From: Eledone cirrhosa
Lineage: Eukaryota
DNA: 64,000 nucleotides
NCBI GenBank assembly: GCA_964016885.1
Contig: OZ024748.1
Span: 22,940,001 to 23,004,000 of the forward strand
Reading direction: 5' to 3'
Both the position numbers and the translations under genes were made by a program. This document shows, piece by piece, positions 24,901 through 39,900 of this stretch. The notes under the pieces are model-generated. The model saw only the letters and a program-made list of their open reading frames with translations, did no database searches and was not told the origin of the DNA. Numbering within the stretch: the stretch's first letter is position 1; each line of letters opens with the position of its first letter.

Positions 24901-27900
24901 TTATTGTTGTTATTGTTGTTACTGTTGTTACTGTTGTTATTGTTGTTACTGTTGTTATTGTTGTTACTGTTGTTACTGTTGTTACTGTTGTTACTGTTGT
25001 TACTGTTGTTACTCTTGTTATTGTTGTTATTGTTGTTATTGTTGTTACTGTTGTTACTGTTGTTATTGTTGTTACTGTTGTTATTGTTGTTATTGTTGTT
25101 ATTGTTGTTACTGTTGTTACTGTTGTTATTGTTGTTACTGTTGTTATTGTTGTTACTGTTGTTACTGTTGTTACTGTTGTTACTGTTGTTATTGTTGTTA
25201 CTGTTGTTACTGTTGTTATTGTTGTTATTGTTGTTACTGTTGTTATTTTTGTTATTGTTGTTATTGTTGTTACTGTTGTTATTGTTATTACTGTTGTTAC
25301 TATTGTTACTGTTGTTATTGTTGTTACTGTTGTTACTGTTGTTATTGTTGTTATTGTTGTTACTGTTGTTATTGTTGTTATTGTTGTTATTGTTGTTACT
25401 GTTGTTACTGTTGTTACTGTTGTTATTGTTGTTATTGTTGTTATTGTTGTTATTGTTGTTACTGTTGTTACTGTTGTTATTGTTGTTACTGTTGTTATTG
25501 TTGTTACTGTTGTTATTGTTGTTACTGTTGTTATTGTTATTACTGTTGTTATTGTTGTTATTGTTGTTATTGTTGTTACTGTTGTTACTGTTGTTACTGT
25601 TGATACTGTTGTTATTGTTGTTACTGTTGTTACTGTTGTTATTGTTGTTACTGTTGTTACTGTTGTTACTGTTGTTACTGTTGTTACTGTTGTTATTGTT
25701 GTTATTGTTGTTACTGTTGTTACTGTTGTTACTGTTGTTACTGTTGTTACTGTTGTTACTGTTGTTACTGTTGTTATTGTTGTTATTGTTGTTACTGTTG
25801 TTACTGTTGTTATTGTTGTTATTGTTGTTATTGTTGTTACTGTTGTTACTGTTGTTATTGTTGTTACTGTTGTTACTGTTGTTACTGTTGTTACTGTTGT
25901 TACTGTTGTTATTGTTGTTACTGTTGTTACTGTTGTTATTGTTGTTATTGTTGTTACTGTTGTTACTGTTGTTACTGTTGTTACTGTTGTTACTGTTGTT
26001 ATTGTTGTTATTGTTGTTATTGTTGTTACTGTTGTTACTGTTGTTATTGTTGTTATTGTTGTTATTGTTGTTACTGTTGTTACTGTTGTTATTGTTGTTA
26101 CTGTTGTTACTGTTGTTACTGTTGTTACTGTTGTTATTGTTGTTACTCTTGTTACTGTTGTTACTGTTGTTATTGTTGTTATTGTTGTTATTGTTGTTAC
26201 TGTTGTTATTGTTGTTATTGTTGTTATTGTTGTTATTGTTGTTACTGTTGTTAGTGTTGTTATTGTTGTTACTGTTGTTATTGTTGTTACTGTTGTTACT
26301 GTTGTTATTGTTGTTATTGTTGTTACTGTTGTTATTGTTGTTATTGTTGTTATTGTTGTTACTGTTGTTATTGTTGTTATTGTTGTTATTGTTGTTATTG
26401 TTGTTACTGTTGTTACTGTTGTTATTGTTGTTACTGTTGTTACTGTTGTTACTGTTGTTATTGTTGTTATTGTTGTTATTGTTGTTACTGTTGTTATTGT
26501 TGTTATTGTTGTTATTGTTGTTACTGTTGTTATTGTTGTTATTGTTGTTACTGTTGTTATTGTTGTTACTGTTGTTATTGTTGTTATTGTTGTTACTGTT
26601 GTTATTGTTGTTATTGTTGTTATTGTTGTTACTGTTGTTATTGTTGTTACTGTTGTTACTGTTGTTACTGTTGTTACTGTTGTTATTGTTGTTATTGTTG
26701 TTATTGTTGTTACTGTTGTTACTGTTGTTACTGTTGTTACTGTTGTTACTGTTGTTACTGTTGTTATTGTTGTTATTGTTGTTATTGTTGTTACTGTTGT
26801 TACTGTTGTTATTGTTGTTACTGTTGTTACTGTTGTTACTGTTGTTATTGTTGTTATTGTTGTTATTGTTGTTACTGTTGTTACTGTTGTTATTGTTGTT
26901 ACTGTTGTTACTGTTGTTACTATTGTTATTGTTGTTATTGTTGTTATTGTTGTTACTGTTGTTACTGTTGTTATTGTTGTTACTGTTGTTACTGTTGTTA
27001 CTGTTGTTATTGTTGTTATTGTTGTTATTGTTGTTACTGTTGTTACTGTTGTTATTGTTGTTATTGTTGTTACTGTTGTTACTGTTGTTATTGTTGTTAC
27101 TGTTGTTATTGTTGTTATTGTTGTTACTCTTGTTACTGTTGTTATTGTTGTTATTGTTGTTATTGTTGTTACTGTTGTTACTGTTGTTATTGTTGTTATT
27201 GTTGTTATTGTTGTTACCGTTGTTACTGTTGTTATTGTTGTTATTGTTGTTACTGTTGTTACTGTTGTTACTGTTGTTACTGTTGTTATTGTTGTTATTG
27301 TTGTTACTGTTGTTATTGTTGTTATTGTTGTTACTGTTGTTACTGTTGTTACTGTTGTTACTCTTGTTACTGTTGTTATTGTTGTTATTGTTGTTATTGT
27401 TGTTACTGTTGTTACTGTTGTTATTGTTGTTATTGTTGTTACTATTGTTACTGTTGTTACTGTTGTTACTGTTGTTACTGTTGTTATTGTTGTTACTGTT
27501 GTTATTGTTGTTATTGTTGTTATTGTTGTTACTGTTGTTACTGTTGTTATTGTTGTTACTGTTGTTACTGTTGTTACTGTTGTTACTGTTGTTATTGTTG
27601 TTACTGTCGTTACTGTTGTTATTGTTGTTACTGTTGTTATTGTTGTTACTGTTGTTACTGTTGTTACTGTTGTTACTGTTGTTACTGTTGTTACTGTTGT
27701 TATTGTTGTTACTGTTGTTACTGTTGTTACTGTTGTTATTGTTGTTACTGTTGTTACTGTTGTTACTGTTGTTATTGTTGTTACTGTTGTTACTGTTGTT
27801 ACTGTTGTTACTGTTGTTACTGTTGTTACTGTTGTTACTGTTGTTATTGTTGTTACTGTTGTTACTGTTGTTATTGTTGTTATTGTTGTTACTCTTGTTA

Positions 27901-30900
27901 CTGTTGTTATTGTTGTTATTGTTGTTACTGTTGTTAATGTTGTTATTGTTGTTACTGTTGTTACTGTTGTTACTGTTGTTATTGTTGTTACTGTTGTTAC
28001 TGTTGTTACTGTTGTTATTGTTGTTACTGTTGTTACTGTTGTTACTGTTGTTATTGTTGTTATTGTTGTTACTGTTGTTAATGTTGTTATTGTTGTTACT
28101 GTTGTTACTGTTGTTATTGTTGTTACTGTTGTTATTGTTGTTACTGTTGTTATTGTTGTTACTGTTGTTACTGTTGTTATTGTTGTTACTGTTGTTATTG
28201 TTGTTACTGTTGTTATTGTTGTTATTGTTGTTAATGTTGTTATTGTTGTTACTGTTGTTACTGTTGTTACTGTTGTTATTGTTGTTACTGTTGTTATTGT
28301 TGTTACTGTTGTTACTGTTGTTATTGTTGTTACTGTTGTTTCTGTTGTTACTGTTGTTACTGTTGTTACTGTTGTTACTCTTGTTATTGTTGTTACTGTT
28401 GTTATTGTTGTTACTGTTGTTATTGTTGTTACTGTTGTTATTGTTGTTACTGTTGTTACTGTTGTTCCTGTTGTTATTGTTGTTACTGTTGTTATTGTTG
28501 TTACTGTTGTTATTGTTGTTACTGTTGTTATTGTTGTTACTGTTGTTATTGTTGTTATTGTTGTTATTGTTCTTACTGTTGTTATTGTTGTTACTGTTGT
28601 TATTGTTGTTACTGTTGTTATTGTTGTTACTGTTGTTATTGTTGTTATTGTTGTTATTGTTGTTACTGTTGTTATTTTTGTTACTGTTGTTACTCTTGTT
28701 ACTGTTGTTATTGTTGTTACTCTTGTTACTGTTGTTACTGTTGTTATTGTTGTTACTGTATTTATTGTTGTTGCTGTTGTTATTGTTGTTATTGTTGTTA
28801 TTGTTGTTATTGTTGTTACTCTTGTTACTGTTGTTACTGTTGTTATTGTTGTTATTGTTGTTACTGTTGTTATTCTTGTTACTGTTGTTACTGTTGTTAT
28901 TGTTGTTATTGTTGTTATTGTTGTTACTCTTGTTACTGTTGTTACTGTTGTTATTGTTGTTACTGTTGTTATTGTTGTTACTGTTGTTACTGTTGTTACT
29001 GTTGTTATTGTTGTTACTGTTGTTATTGTTGTTACTGTTGTTATTGTTGTTACTGTTGTTATTGTTGTTATTGTTGTTATTGTTGTTACTGTTGTTATTG
29101 TTGTTACTGTTGTTATTGTTGTTACTGTTGTTATTGTTGTTACTGTTGTTATTGTCGTTACTGTTGTTATTGTTGTTATTGTTGTTATTGTTGTTACTGT
29201 TGTTATTGTTGTTACTGTTGTTATTGTTGTTACTCTTGTTACTGTTGTTACTGTTGTTATTGTTGTTACTGTTGTTACTGTTGTTACTGTTGTTATTGTT
29301 GTTATTGTTGTTATTGTTGTTACTGTTGTTATTGTTGTTACTGTTGTTATTGTTGTTACTGTTGTTATTGTTGTTACTGTTGTTATTGTTGTTATTGTTG
29401 TTATTGTTGTTACTGTTGTTATTGTTGTTACTGTTGTTACTCTTGTTACTGTTGTTATTGTTGTTACTCTTGTTACTGTTGTTACTGTTGTTATTGTTGT
29501 GACTGTATTTATTGTTGTTACTGTTGTTATTGTTGTTACTGTTGTTATTGTTGTTGCTGTTGTTATTGTTGTTATTGTTGTTATTGTTGTTATTGTTGTT
29601 ACTCTTGTTACTGTTGTTACTGTTGTTATTGTTGTTACTGTTGTTATTCTTGTTACTCTTGTTACTGTTGTTATTGTTGTTATTGTTGTTATTGTTGTTA
29701 CTCTTGTTACTGTTGTTACTGTTGTTATTGTTGTTACTGTTGTTATTGTTGTTACTGTTGTTACTGTTGTTACTGTTGTTATTGTTGTTACTGTTGTTAT
29801 TGTTGTTACTGTTGTTATTGTTGTTACTGTTGTTATTGTTGTTACTGTTGTTATTGTTGTTATTGTTGTTATTGTTGTTACTGTTGTTATTGTTGTTACT
29901 GTTGTTATTGTTGTTATTGTTGTTATTGTTGTTATTGTTGTTATTGTTGTTACTGTTGTTATTGTTGTTACTGTTGTTATTGTTGTTACTGTTGTTATTG
30001 TTGTTATTGTTGTTATTGTTGTTATTGTTGTTACTGTTGTTATTGTTGTTACTGTTGTTACTGTTGTTACTGTTGTTATTGTTGTTACTGTTGTTACTGT
30101 TGTTACTGTTGTTATTGTTGTTACTGTTGTTACTGTTGTTACTGTTGTTACTGTTGTTACTGTTGTTACTGTTGTCACTGTTGTTACTGTTGTTATTGTT
30201 GTTACTGTTGTTACTGTTGTTACTGTTGTTATTGTTGTTACTGTTGTTACTGTTGTTACTGTTGTTACTGTTGTTACTGTTGTTACTGTTGTTATTGTTG
30301 TTACTGTTGTTATTGTTGTTACTGTTGTTACTGTTGTTATTGTTGTTATTGTTGTTACTGTTGTTATTGTTGTTACTGTTGTTATTGTTGTTACTGTTGT
30401 TACTGTTGTTATTGTTGTTACTGTTGTTACTGTTGTTTTTGTTGTTATTGTTGTTACTGCTGTTATTGTTGTTACTGTTGTTATTGTTGTTACTGTTGTT
30501 ACTGTTGTTATTGTTGTTACTGTTGTTACTGTTGTTACTGTTGTCATTGTTGTTATTGTTGTTACTGTTGTTATTGTTGTTATTGTTGTTACTGTTGTTA
30601 TTGTTGTTATTGTTGTTACTGTTGTGATTGTTGTTACTGTTGTTACTGATGTTATTGTTGTTATTGTTGTTATTGTTGTTACTGTTGTTACTGTTGTTAC
30701 TGTTGTTAATGTTGTTACTGTTGTTACTGTTGTTACTTTTGTTATTGTTGTTACTGTTGTTACTGTTGTTACTGTTGTTACTGTTGTTACTGTTGTTATT
30801 GTTGTTACTGTTGATACTGTTGTTACTGTTGTTATTGTTGTTACTCTTGTTATTGTTGTTACTGTTGTTACTGTTGTTACTGTTGTTACTTTTGTTACTG

Positions 30901-33900
30901 TTGTTATTGTTGTTACTCTTGTTATTGTTGTTACTGTTGTTATTGTTGTTACTGTTGTTACTGTTGTTACTGTTGTTATTGTTGTTACTGTTGTTACTTT
31001 TGTTACTGTTGTTACTGTTGTTATTGTTGTTACTGTTGTTACTGTTGTTATTGTTGTTACTGTTGTTACTGTTGTTATTGTTGTTACTGTTGTTACTGTT
31101 GTTACTGTTGTTACTGTTGTTACTGTTGTTATTGTTGTTATTGTTGTTACTGTTGTTACTGTTGTTACTGTTGTTACTGTTGTTACTGTTGTTACTGTTG
31201 TTATTGTTGTTACTGTTGTTATTGTTGTTACTGTTGTTATTGTTGTTACTGTTGTTGTTGTTGTTACTGTTGTTACTCTTGTTATTGTTGTTACTGTTGT
31301 TACTGTTGTTACTCTTGTTACTGTTGTAACTGTTGTTACTGTTGTTACTGTTGTTACTGTTGTTATTGTTGTTATTGCTGTTGTTGTTGTTATTGTTGTT
31401 ATTGTTGTTATTGTTGTTACTGTTGTTACTGTTGTTACTTTTGTTACTGTTGTTACTGTTGTCATTGCTGTTACTGTTGCCATTGTTGATACTGTTGTTA
31501 TTGTTGTTACTGTTGTTATTGTTGTTAATGTTGTTACTCTTGTTACTGTTGTTACTGTTGTTATTGTTGTTACTGTTGTTACTGTTGTTATTGTTGTTAC
31601 TGTTGTTACTGTTGTTAATGTTGTTATTGTTGTTACTGTTGTTACTGTTGTTACTGTTGTTACTGTTGTTATTGTTGTTACTGTTGTTACTGTTGTTACT
31701 GTTGTTACTGTTTTTATTGTTGTTATTGTTGTTATTTTTGTTATCGTTGTTACTGTTGTTACTGTTGTTACTGTGGTTACCGTTGTTACTGTTGTTACTG
31801 TTGTTCCTGTTGTTATTGTTGTTACTGTTGTTACTGTTGTTACTGTTGTTACAGTTGTTATTGTTGTTATTGTTGTTACTGTTGTTACTGTTGTTATTGT
31901 TGTTACTGTTGTTATTGTTGTTACTGTTGTTATTGTTGTTACTGTTGTTATTGTTGTTACTGTTGTTATTGTTGTTACTGTTGTTACTGTTGTTATTGTG
32001 TTTACTGTTGTTATTGTTGTTATTGTTGTTACTGTTGTGATTGTTGTTACTGTTGTTACTGTTGTTATTGTTGTTACTGTTGTTACTGTTGTTACTGTTG
32101 TTATTGTTGTTACTGTTGTTACTGTTGTTGTTGTTGTTACTGTTGTTACTGTTGTTGTTACTGTTGTTACTGTTGTTACTGTTGTTACTGTTGTTACTGT
32201 TGTTACTGTTGTTACTGTTGTTATTGTTGTTATTGTTGTTACTGTTGTTACTGTTGTTATTGTTGTTACTGTTGTTATTGTTGTTATTGTTGTTACTGTT
32301 GTTATTGTTGTTACTGTTGTTACTGTTGTTATTGTTGTTACTGTTGTTATTGTTGTTACTGTTGTTATTGTTGTTACTGTTGTTATTGTTGTTACTGTTG
32401 TTACTGTTGTTACTGTTGTTATTGTTGTTACTGTTGTTATTGTTGTTACTGTTGTTATTGTTGTTACTGTTGTTATTGTTGTTACTGTTGTTATTGTTGT
32501 TATTGTTGTTATTGTTGTTACTGTTGTTATTGTTGTTACTGTTGTTATTGTTGTTACTGTTGTTATTGTTGTTACTGTTGTTATTGTTGTTATTGTTGTT
32601 ATTGTTGTTACTGTTGTTATTGTTGTTACTGTTGTTACTCTTGTTACTGTTGTTATTGTTGTTACTCTTGTTACTGTTGTTACTGTTGTTATTGTTGTTA
32701 ATGTATTTATTGTTGTTACTGTTGTTATTGATGTTACTGTTGTTATTGTTGTTGCTGTTGTTATTGTTGTTATTGTTGTTATTGTTGTTACTCTTGTTAC
32801 TGTTGTTACTGTTGTTATTGTTGTTACTGTTGTTATTCTTGTTACTGTTGTTACTGTTGTTATTGTTGTTATTGTTGTTATTGTTGTTACTCTTGTTACT
32901 GTTGTTACTGTTGTTATTGTTGTTACTGTTGTTATTGTTGTTACTATTGTTACTGTTGTTATTGTTGTTATTGTTGTTACTGTTGTTATTGTTGTTACTG
33001 TTGTTATTGTTGTTACTGTTGTTATTGTTGTTACTGTTGTTATTGTTGTTACAGTTGTTATTGTTGTTATTGTTGTTATTGTTGTTACTGTTGTTATTGT
33101 TGTTACTGTTGTTATTTTTGTTACTGTTGTTATTGTTGTTACTGTTGTTATTGTTGTTATTGTTGTTATTGTTGTTACTGTTGTTATTGTTGTTACTGTT
33201 GTTATTGTTGTTACTGTTGTTATTGTTGTTATTGTTGTTATTGTTGTTACTGTTGTTATTGTTGTTACTGTTGTTACTGTTGTTACTGTTGTTATTGTTG
33301 TTACTGTTGTTACTGTTGTTACTGTTGTTATTGTTGTTACTGTTGTTACTGTTGTTACTGTTGTTACTGTTGTTACTGTTGTTACTGTTGTTACTGTTGT
33401 CACTGTTGTTACTGTTGTTATTGTTGTTACTGTTGTTACTGTTGTTACTGTTGTTATTGTTGTTACTGTTGTTATTGTTGTTACTGTTGTTATTGTTGTT
33501 AATGTTGTTACTGTTGTTATTGTTGTTATTGTTGTTACTGTTGTTATTGTTGTTACTGTTGTTATTGTTGTTACTGTTGTTACTGTTGTTATTGTTGTTA
33601 TTGTTGTTACTGTTGTTTTTGTTGTTATTGTTGTTACTGTTGTTATTGTTGTTACTGTTGTTACTGTTGTTATTGTTGTTACTGTTGTTACTGTTGTTAC
33701 TGTTGTCATTGTTGTTATTGTTGTTACTGTTGTTATTGTTGTTATTGTTGTTACTGTTGTTATTGTTGTTATTGTTGTTACTGTTGTGATTGTTGTTACT
33801 GTTGTTACTGTTGTTATTGTTGTTATTGTTTTTATTGTTGTTACTGTTGTTACTGTTGTTACTGTTGTTATTGTTGTTACTGTTGTTACTGTTGTTACTG

Positions 33901-36900
33901 TTGTTATTGTTGTTACTCTTGTTATTGCTGTTACTGTTGTTACTGTTGTTACTGTTGTTACTGTTGTTATTGTTGTTACTGTTGTTACTGTTGTTACTCT
34001 TGTTATTGGTGTTACTGTTGTTACTGTTGTTACTGTTGTTACTTTTATTACTGTTGTTATTGTTGTTACTCTTGTTATTGTTGTTACTGTTGTTATTGTT
34101 GTTACTGTTGTTACTGTTGTTACTGTTGTTATTGTTGTTACTGTTGTTACTGTTGTTACTTTTGTTATTGTTTTTACTGTTGTTATTGTTGTTACTGTTG
34201 TTATTGTTGTTACTGTTGTTACTGTTGTTACTGTTGTTATTGTTGTTACTGTTGTTACTGTTGCTATTGTTGTTACTGTTGTTACTGTTGTTATTGTTGT
34301 TACTGTTGTTACTGTTGTTATTGTTGTTACTGTTGTTATTGTTGTTACTGTTGTTATTGTTGTTACTGTTGTTACTGTTGTTACTGTTGTTACTGTTGTT
34401 ACTGTTGTTACTGTTGTTATTGTTGTTACTGTTGTTACTGTTGTTACTGTTGTTATTGTTGTTACTGTCGTTACTGTTGTTACTGTTGTTATTATTGTTA
34501 CTGTTGTTATTGTTGTTACTGTTGTTACTCTTGTTACTGTTGTTATTGTTATTACTGTTGTTACTGTTGTTATTGTTGTTACTGTTGTTACTGTTGTTAC
34601 TGTTGTTACTGTTGTTATTGTTGTTACTGTTGTTACTGTTGTTATTGTTGTTACTGTTGTTACTGTTGTTATTGTTGTTACTGTTGTTACTGTTGTTACT
34701 GTTGTTACTGTTGTTACTGTTGTTACTGTTGTTACTGTTGTTATTGTTGTTACTGTTGTTACTGTTGTTACTGTTGTTACTGTTGTTACTGTTGTTACTG
34801 TTGTTATTGTTGTTACTGTTGTTATTGTTGTTACTGTTGTTATTGTTGTTACTGTTGTTCCTGTTGTTACTGTTGTTATTGTTGTTACTGTTGTTATTGT
34901 TGTTACTGTTGTTATTGTTGTTACTGTTGTTATTGTTGTTACTGTTGTTATTGTTGTTACTGTTGTTACTCTTGTTATTGTTGTCACTGTTGTTACTGTT
35001 GTTACTCTTGTTACTGTTGTAACTGTTGTTACTGTTGTTACTGTTGTTACTGTTGTTATTGTTGTTATTGCTGTTGTTGTTGTTATTGTTGTTATTGTTG
35101 TTATTGTTGTTACTGTTGTTACTGTTGTTACTTTTGTTACTGTTGTTACTGTTGTCATTGCTGTTACTGTTGCTATTGTTGATACTGTTGTTATTGTTGT
35201 TACTGTTGTTATTGTTGTTACTGTTGTTATTGTTGTTACTGTTGTTACTGTTGTTATTGTTGTTACTGTTGTTACTGTTGTTATTGTTGTTATTATTGTT
35301 ACTGTTGTTACTGTTGTTACTCTTGTTATTGTTGTTACTGTTGTTACTGTTGTTACTGTTTTTACTGTTGTTACTGTTGTTACTGTTGTTATTGTTGTTA
35401 CTGTTGTTACTCTTGTTATTGTTGTTATTATTGTTACTGTTGTTACTGTTGTTACTCTTGTTATTGTTGTTACTGTTGTTACTGTTGTTACTGTTTTTAC
35501 TGTTGTTACTGTTGTTATTGTTGTTATTATTGTTACTGTTGTTACTGTTGTTACTGTTGTTATTGTTGTTATTGTTGTTACTGTTGTTCCTGTTGTTATT
35601 GTTGTTACTGTTGTTACTGTTGTTACTGTTGTTACTGTTGTTACTGTTGTTATTGTTGTTATTGCTGTTACTGTTGTTACTGTTGTTACTGTTGTTATTG
35701 TTGTTACTGTTGTTACTCTTGTTATTGTTGTTATTGTTGTTACTGTTGTTACTGTTGTTACTGTTGTTACTGTTGTTACTCTTGTTATTGTTGTTATTTT
35801 TGTTACTGTTGTTACTGTTGTTATTGTTGTTACTGTTGTTACTGTTGTTAGTGTTGTTACTGTTGTTACTGTTGTTATTGTTGTTACTGTTGTTACTGTT
35901 GTTACTGTTGTTACTGTTGTTATTGTTGTTACTGTTGTTACTGTTGTTACTGTTGTTACTGTTGTTACTGTTGTTATTGTTGTTATTGTTGTTACTGTTG
36001 TTACTGTTGTTATTGTTGTTACTGTTGTTATTGTTGTTACTATTGTTACTGTTGTTATTGTTGTTATTGTTGTTACTGTTGTTACTGTTGTTATTGTTGT
36101 TATTTTTCTTACTGTTGTTATTGTTGTTACTGTTGTTACTGTTGTTACTGTTGTTATTGTTGTTACTGTTGTTACTGTTATTACTGTTGTTACTGTTGTT
36201 ACTGTTGTTATTGTTGTTATTGTTGTTACTGTTGTTACTGTTGTTATTGTTGTTATTTTTCTTACTGTTGTTATTGTTGTTACTGTTGTTACTGATGTTA
36301 TTGTTGTTACTGTTGTTACTGTTATTACTGTTGTTACTGTTGTTACTGTTTTTATTGTTGTTATTGTTGTTATTTTTGTTATTGTTGTTACTGTTGTTAC
36401 TGTTGTTATTGTTGTTACTGTTGTTACTGTTGTTATTGTTGTTACTGTTGTTACTGTTGTTATTGTTGCTATTTTTGTTATTGTTGTTACTGTTGTTACT
36501 GTTGTTATTGTTGTTATTGTTGTTACTGTTGTTACTGTTGTTATTGTTGTTAATGTTGTTATTGTTGTTACTGTTGTTACTGTTGTTATTGTTGTTACTG
36601 TTGTTATTGTTGTTATTGCTGTTACTGTTGTTATTGTTGTTACTGTTGTTACTGTTGTTATTGTTGTTAATGTTGTTATTGTTGTTACTGTTGTTACTGT
36701 TGTTATTGTTGTTTCTGTTGTTACTGTTGTTACTGTTGTTACTGTTGTTATTGTTGTTATTGTTGTTCCTGTTGTTACTGTTGTTATTGTTGTTACTGTT
36801 GTTACTGTTGTTACTGTTGTTATTGTTGTTATTGTTGTTACTGTTGTTACTGTTGTTATTGTTGTTACTGTTGTTACTGTTGTTACTGTTGTTACTGTTG

Positions 36901-39900
36901 TTATTGGTGTTACTGTTGTTACTGTTGTTATTGTTGTTATTGTTGTTATTGTTGTTACTGTTGTTATTGTTGTTATTGTTGTTACTGTTGTTACTGTTGT
37001 TACTGTTGTTATTGTTGTTATTGTTGTTACTGTTGTTACTGTTGTTACTGTTGTCACTGTTGTTATTGTTTTTACTGTTGTTACTGTTGTTACTGTTGTT
37101 ACTGTTGTTACTGTTGTTACTGTTGTTATTGTTGTTACTGTTGTTACTGCTGTTATTGTTGTTACTGTTGTTACTGTTGTTACTGTTGTTATTGTTGTTA
37201 TTGTTGTTACTGTTGTTACTGTTGTTATTGTTGTTACTGTTGTTACTGTTGTTACTGTTGTTATTGTTGTTACTGTTGTTACTGTTGTTATTGTTGTTAT
37301 TGCTGTTACTGTTGTTATTGTTGTTACTGTTGTTACTGTTGTTATTGTTGTTACTGTTGTTATTGTTGTTATAGTTGTTACTGTTGTTATTGTTGTTACT
37401 GTTGTTACTGTTGTTACTGTTGTTAGTGTTGTTACTGTTGTTATTGTTGTTACTGTTGTTATTGTTGTTACTGTTGTTACTGTTGTTACTGTTGTTATTG
37501 TTGTTACTGTTGTTATTGTTGTTATTGTTGTTATTGTTGTTACTGTTGTTATTGCTGTTACTGTTGTTACTGTTGTTATTGTTGTTACTGTTGTTATTGT
37601 TGTTACTGTTGTTACTGTTGTTATTGTTGTTACTGTTGTTACTGTTGTTACTGTTGTTACTGTTGTTATTGGTGTTACTGTTGTTACTGTTGTTATTGTT
37701 GTTATTGTTGTTATTGTTGTTACTGTTGTTATTGTTGTTATTGTTGTTACTGTTGTTACTGTTGTTACTGTTGTTATTGTTGTTATTGTTGTTACTGTTG
37801 TTACTGTTGTTACTGTTGTCACTGTTGTTATTGTTTTTACTGTTGTTACTGTTGTTACTGTTGTTACTGTTGTTACTGTTGTTATTGTTGTTACTGTTGT
37901 TACTGTTGTTATTGTTGTTACTGTTGTTACTGTTGTTACTGTTGTTATTGTTGTTATTGTTGTTACTGTTGTTACTGTTGTTATTGTTGTTACTGTTGTT
38001 ACTGTTGTTACTGTTGTTATTGTTGTTACTGTTGTTACTGTTGTTATTGTTGTTATTGCTGTTACTGTTGTTATTGTTGTTACTGTTGTTACTGTTGTTA
38101 TTGTTGTTACTGTTGTTATTGTTGTTATAGTTGTTACTGTTGTTATTGTTGTTACTGTTGTTACTGTTGTTACTGTTGTTAGTGTTGTTACTGTTGTTAT
38201 TGTTGTTACTGTTGTTATTGTTGTTACTGTTGTTACTGTTGTTACTGTTGTTATTGTTGTTACTGTTGTTATTGTTGTTATTGTTGTTATTGTTGTTACT
38301 GTTGTTATTGTTGTTACTGTTGTTACTGTTGTTATTGTTGTTACTGTTGTTATTGTTGTTACTGTTGTTACTGTTGTTATTGTTGTTACTGTTGTTATTG
38401 TTGTTACTGTTGTTACTGTTGTTATTGTTGTTACTGTTGCTACTGTTGTTATTGTTGTTACTGTTGTTACTGTTGTTACTGTTGTTACTGTTGTTACTGT
38501 TGTTATTGTTGTTACTGTTGTTATTGTTGTTACTGTTGTTATTGTTGTTACTCTTGTTATTGTTGTTATTGTTGTTACTGTTGTTACTCTTGTTATTGTT
38601 GTTATTGTTGTTACCGTTGTTACTGTTGTTATTGTTGTTACTGTTGTTACTGTTTTTACTGTTGTTACTGTTGTTATTGTTGTTATTATTGTTACTGTTG
38701 TTACTGTTGTTACTCTTGTTATTGTTGTTATTGTTGTTACTGTTGTTACTGTTGTTACTCTTGTTATTGTTGTTATTGTTGTTATTGTTGTTACTCTTGT
38801 TATTGTTGTTATTGTTGTTACTGTTGTTACTGTTGTTATTGTTGTTACTGTTGTTACTGTTGTTACTGTTGTTACTGTTGTTACTGTTGTTATTGTTGTT
38901 ATTGTTGTTATTGTTGTTACTGTTGTTATTGTTGTTACTGTTGTTACTGTTGTTACTGTTGTTATTGTTGTTACTGTTGTTACTGTTGTTACTGTTGTTA
39001 CTGTTGTTACTGTTGTTACTGTTGTTACTGTTGTTATTGTTGTTACTGTTGTTACTGTTGTTACTGTTGTTACTGTTGTTACTGTTGTTATTGTTGTTAC
39101 TGTTGTTACTGTTGTTACTGTTGTTACTGTTGTTACTGTTGTTACTGTTGATATTGTTGTTACTGTTGTTACTGTTGTTACTGTTGTTACTGTTGTTACT
39201 GTTGTTATTGTTGTTATTGTTGTTACTGTTGTTACTGTTGTTACTGTTGTTACTGTTGTTACTGTTGTTACTGTTGTTACTGTCGTTACTGTCGTTACTG
39301 TTGTTATTGTTGTTACTGTTGTTACTGTTGTTACTGTTGTTACTGTTGTTACTGTTATTGTTGTTAATGTTGTTACTGTTGTTACTGTTGTTATTGTTGT
39401 TACTGTTGTTACTGTTGTTACTGTCGTTACTGTTGTTACTGTTGTTACTGTTGTTATTGTTGTTATCGTTGTTACTGTTGTTAATGTTGTTATTGTTGTT
39501 ACTGTTGTTACTGTTGTTACTTTTGTTATTGTTGTTACTGTTGTTACTGTTGTTACTGTTGTTATTGCTGTTACTGTTGTTACTGTTGTTACTGTTGTTA
39601 CTGTTGTTACTGTTGTTACTGTTGTTACTGTCGTTACTGTTGTTACTGTTGTTACTGTTGTTATTGTTGTTATTGTTGTTACTGTTGTTATTGTTGTTAC
39701 TGTTTTTACTGTTGTTATTGTTGTTATTGTTGTTACTGTTGTTACTGTTGTTACTGTTGTTACTGTTGTTACTGTTGTTACTGTTGTTACTGTTGTTATT
39801 GTTGTTATCGTTGTTACTATTGTTACTGTTGTTATTGTTGTTACTGTTGTTACTGTTGTTACTTTTGTTATTGTTGTTACTGTTGTTACTGTTGTTACTG

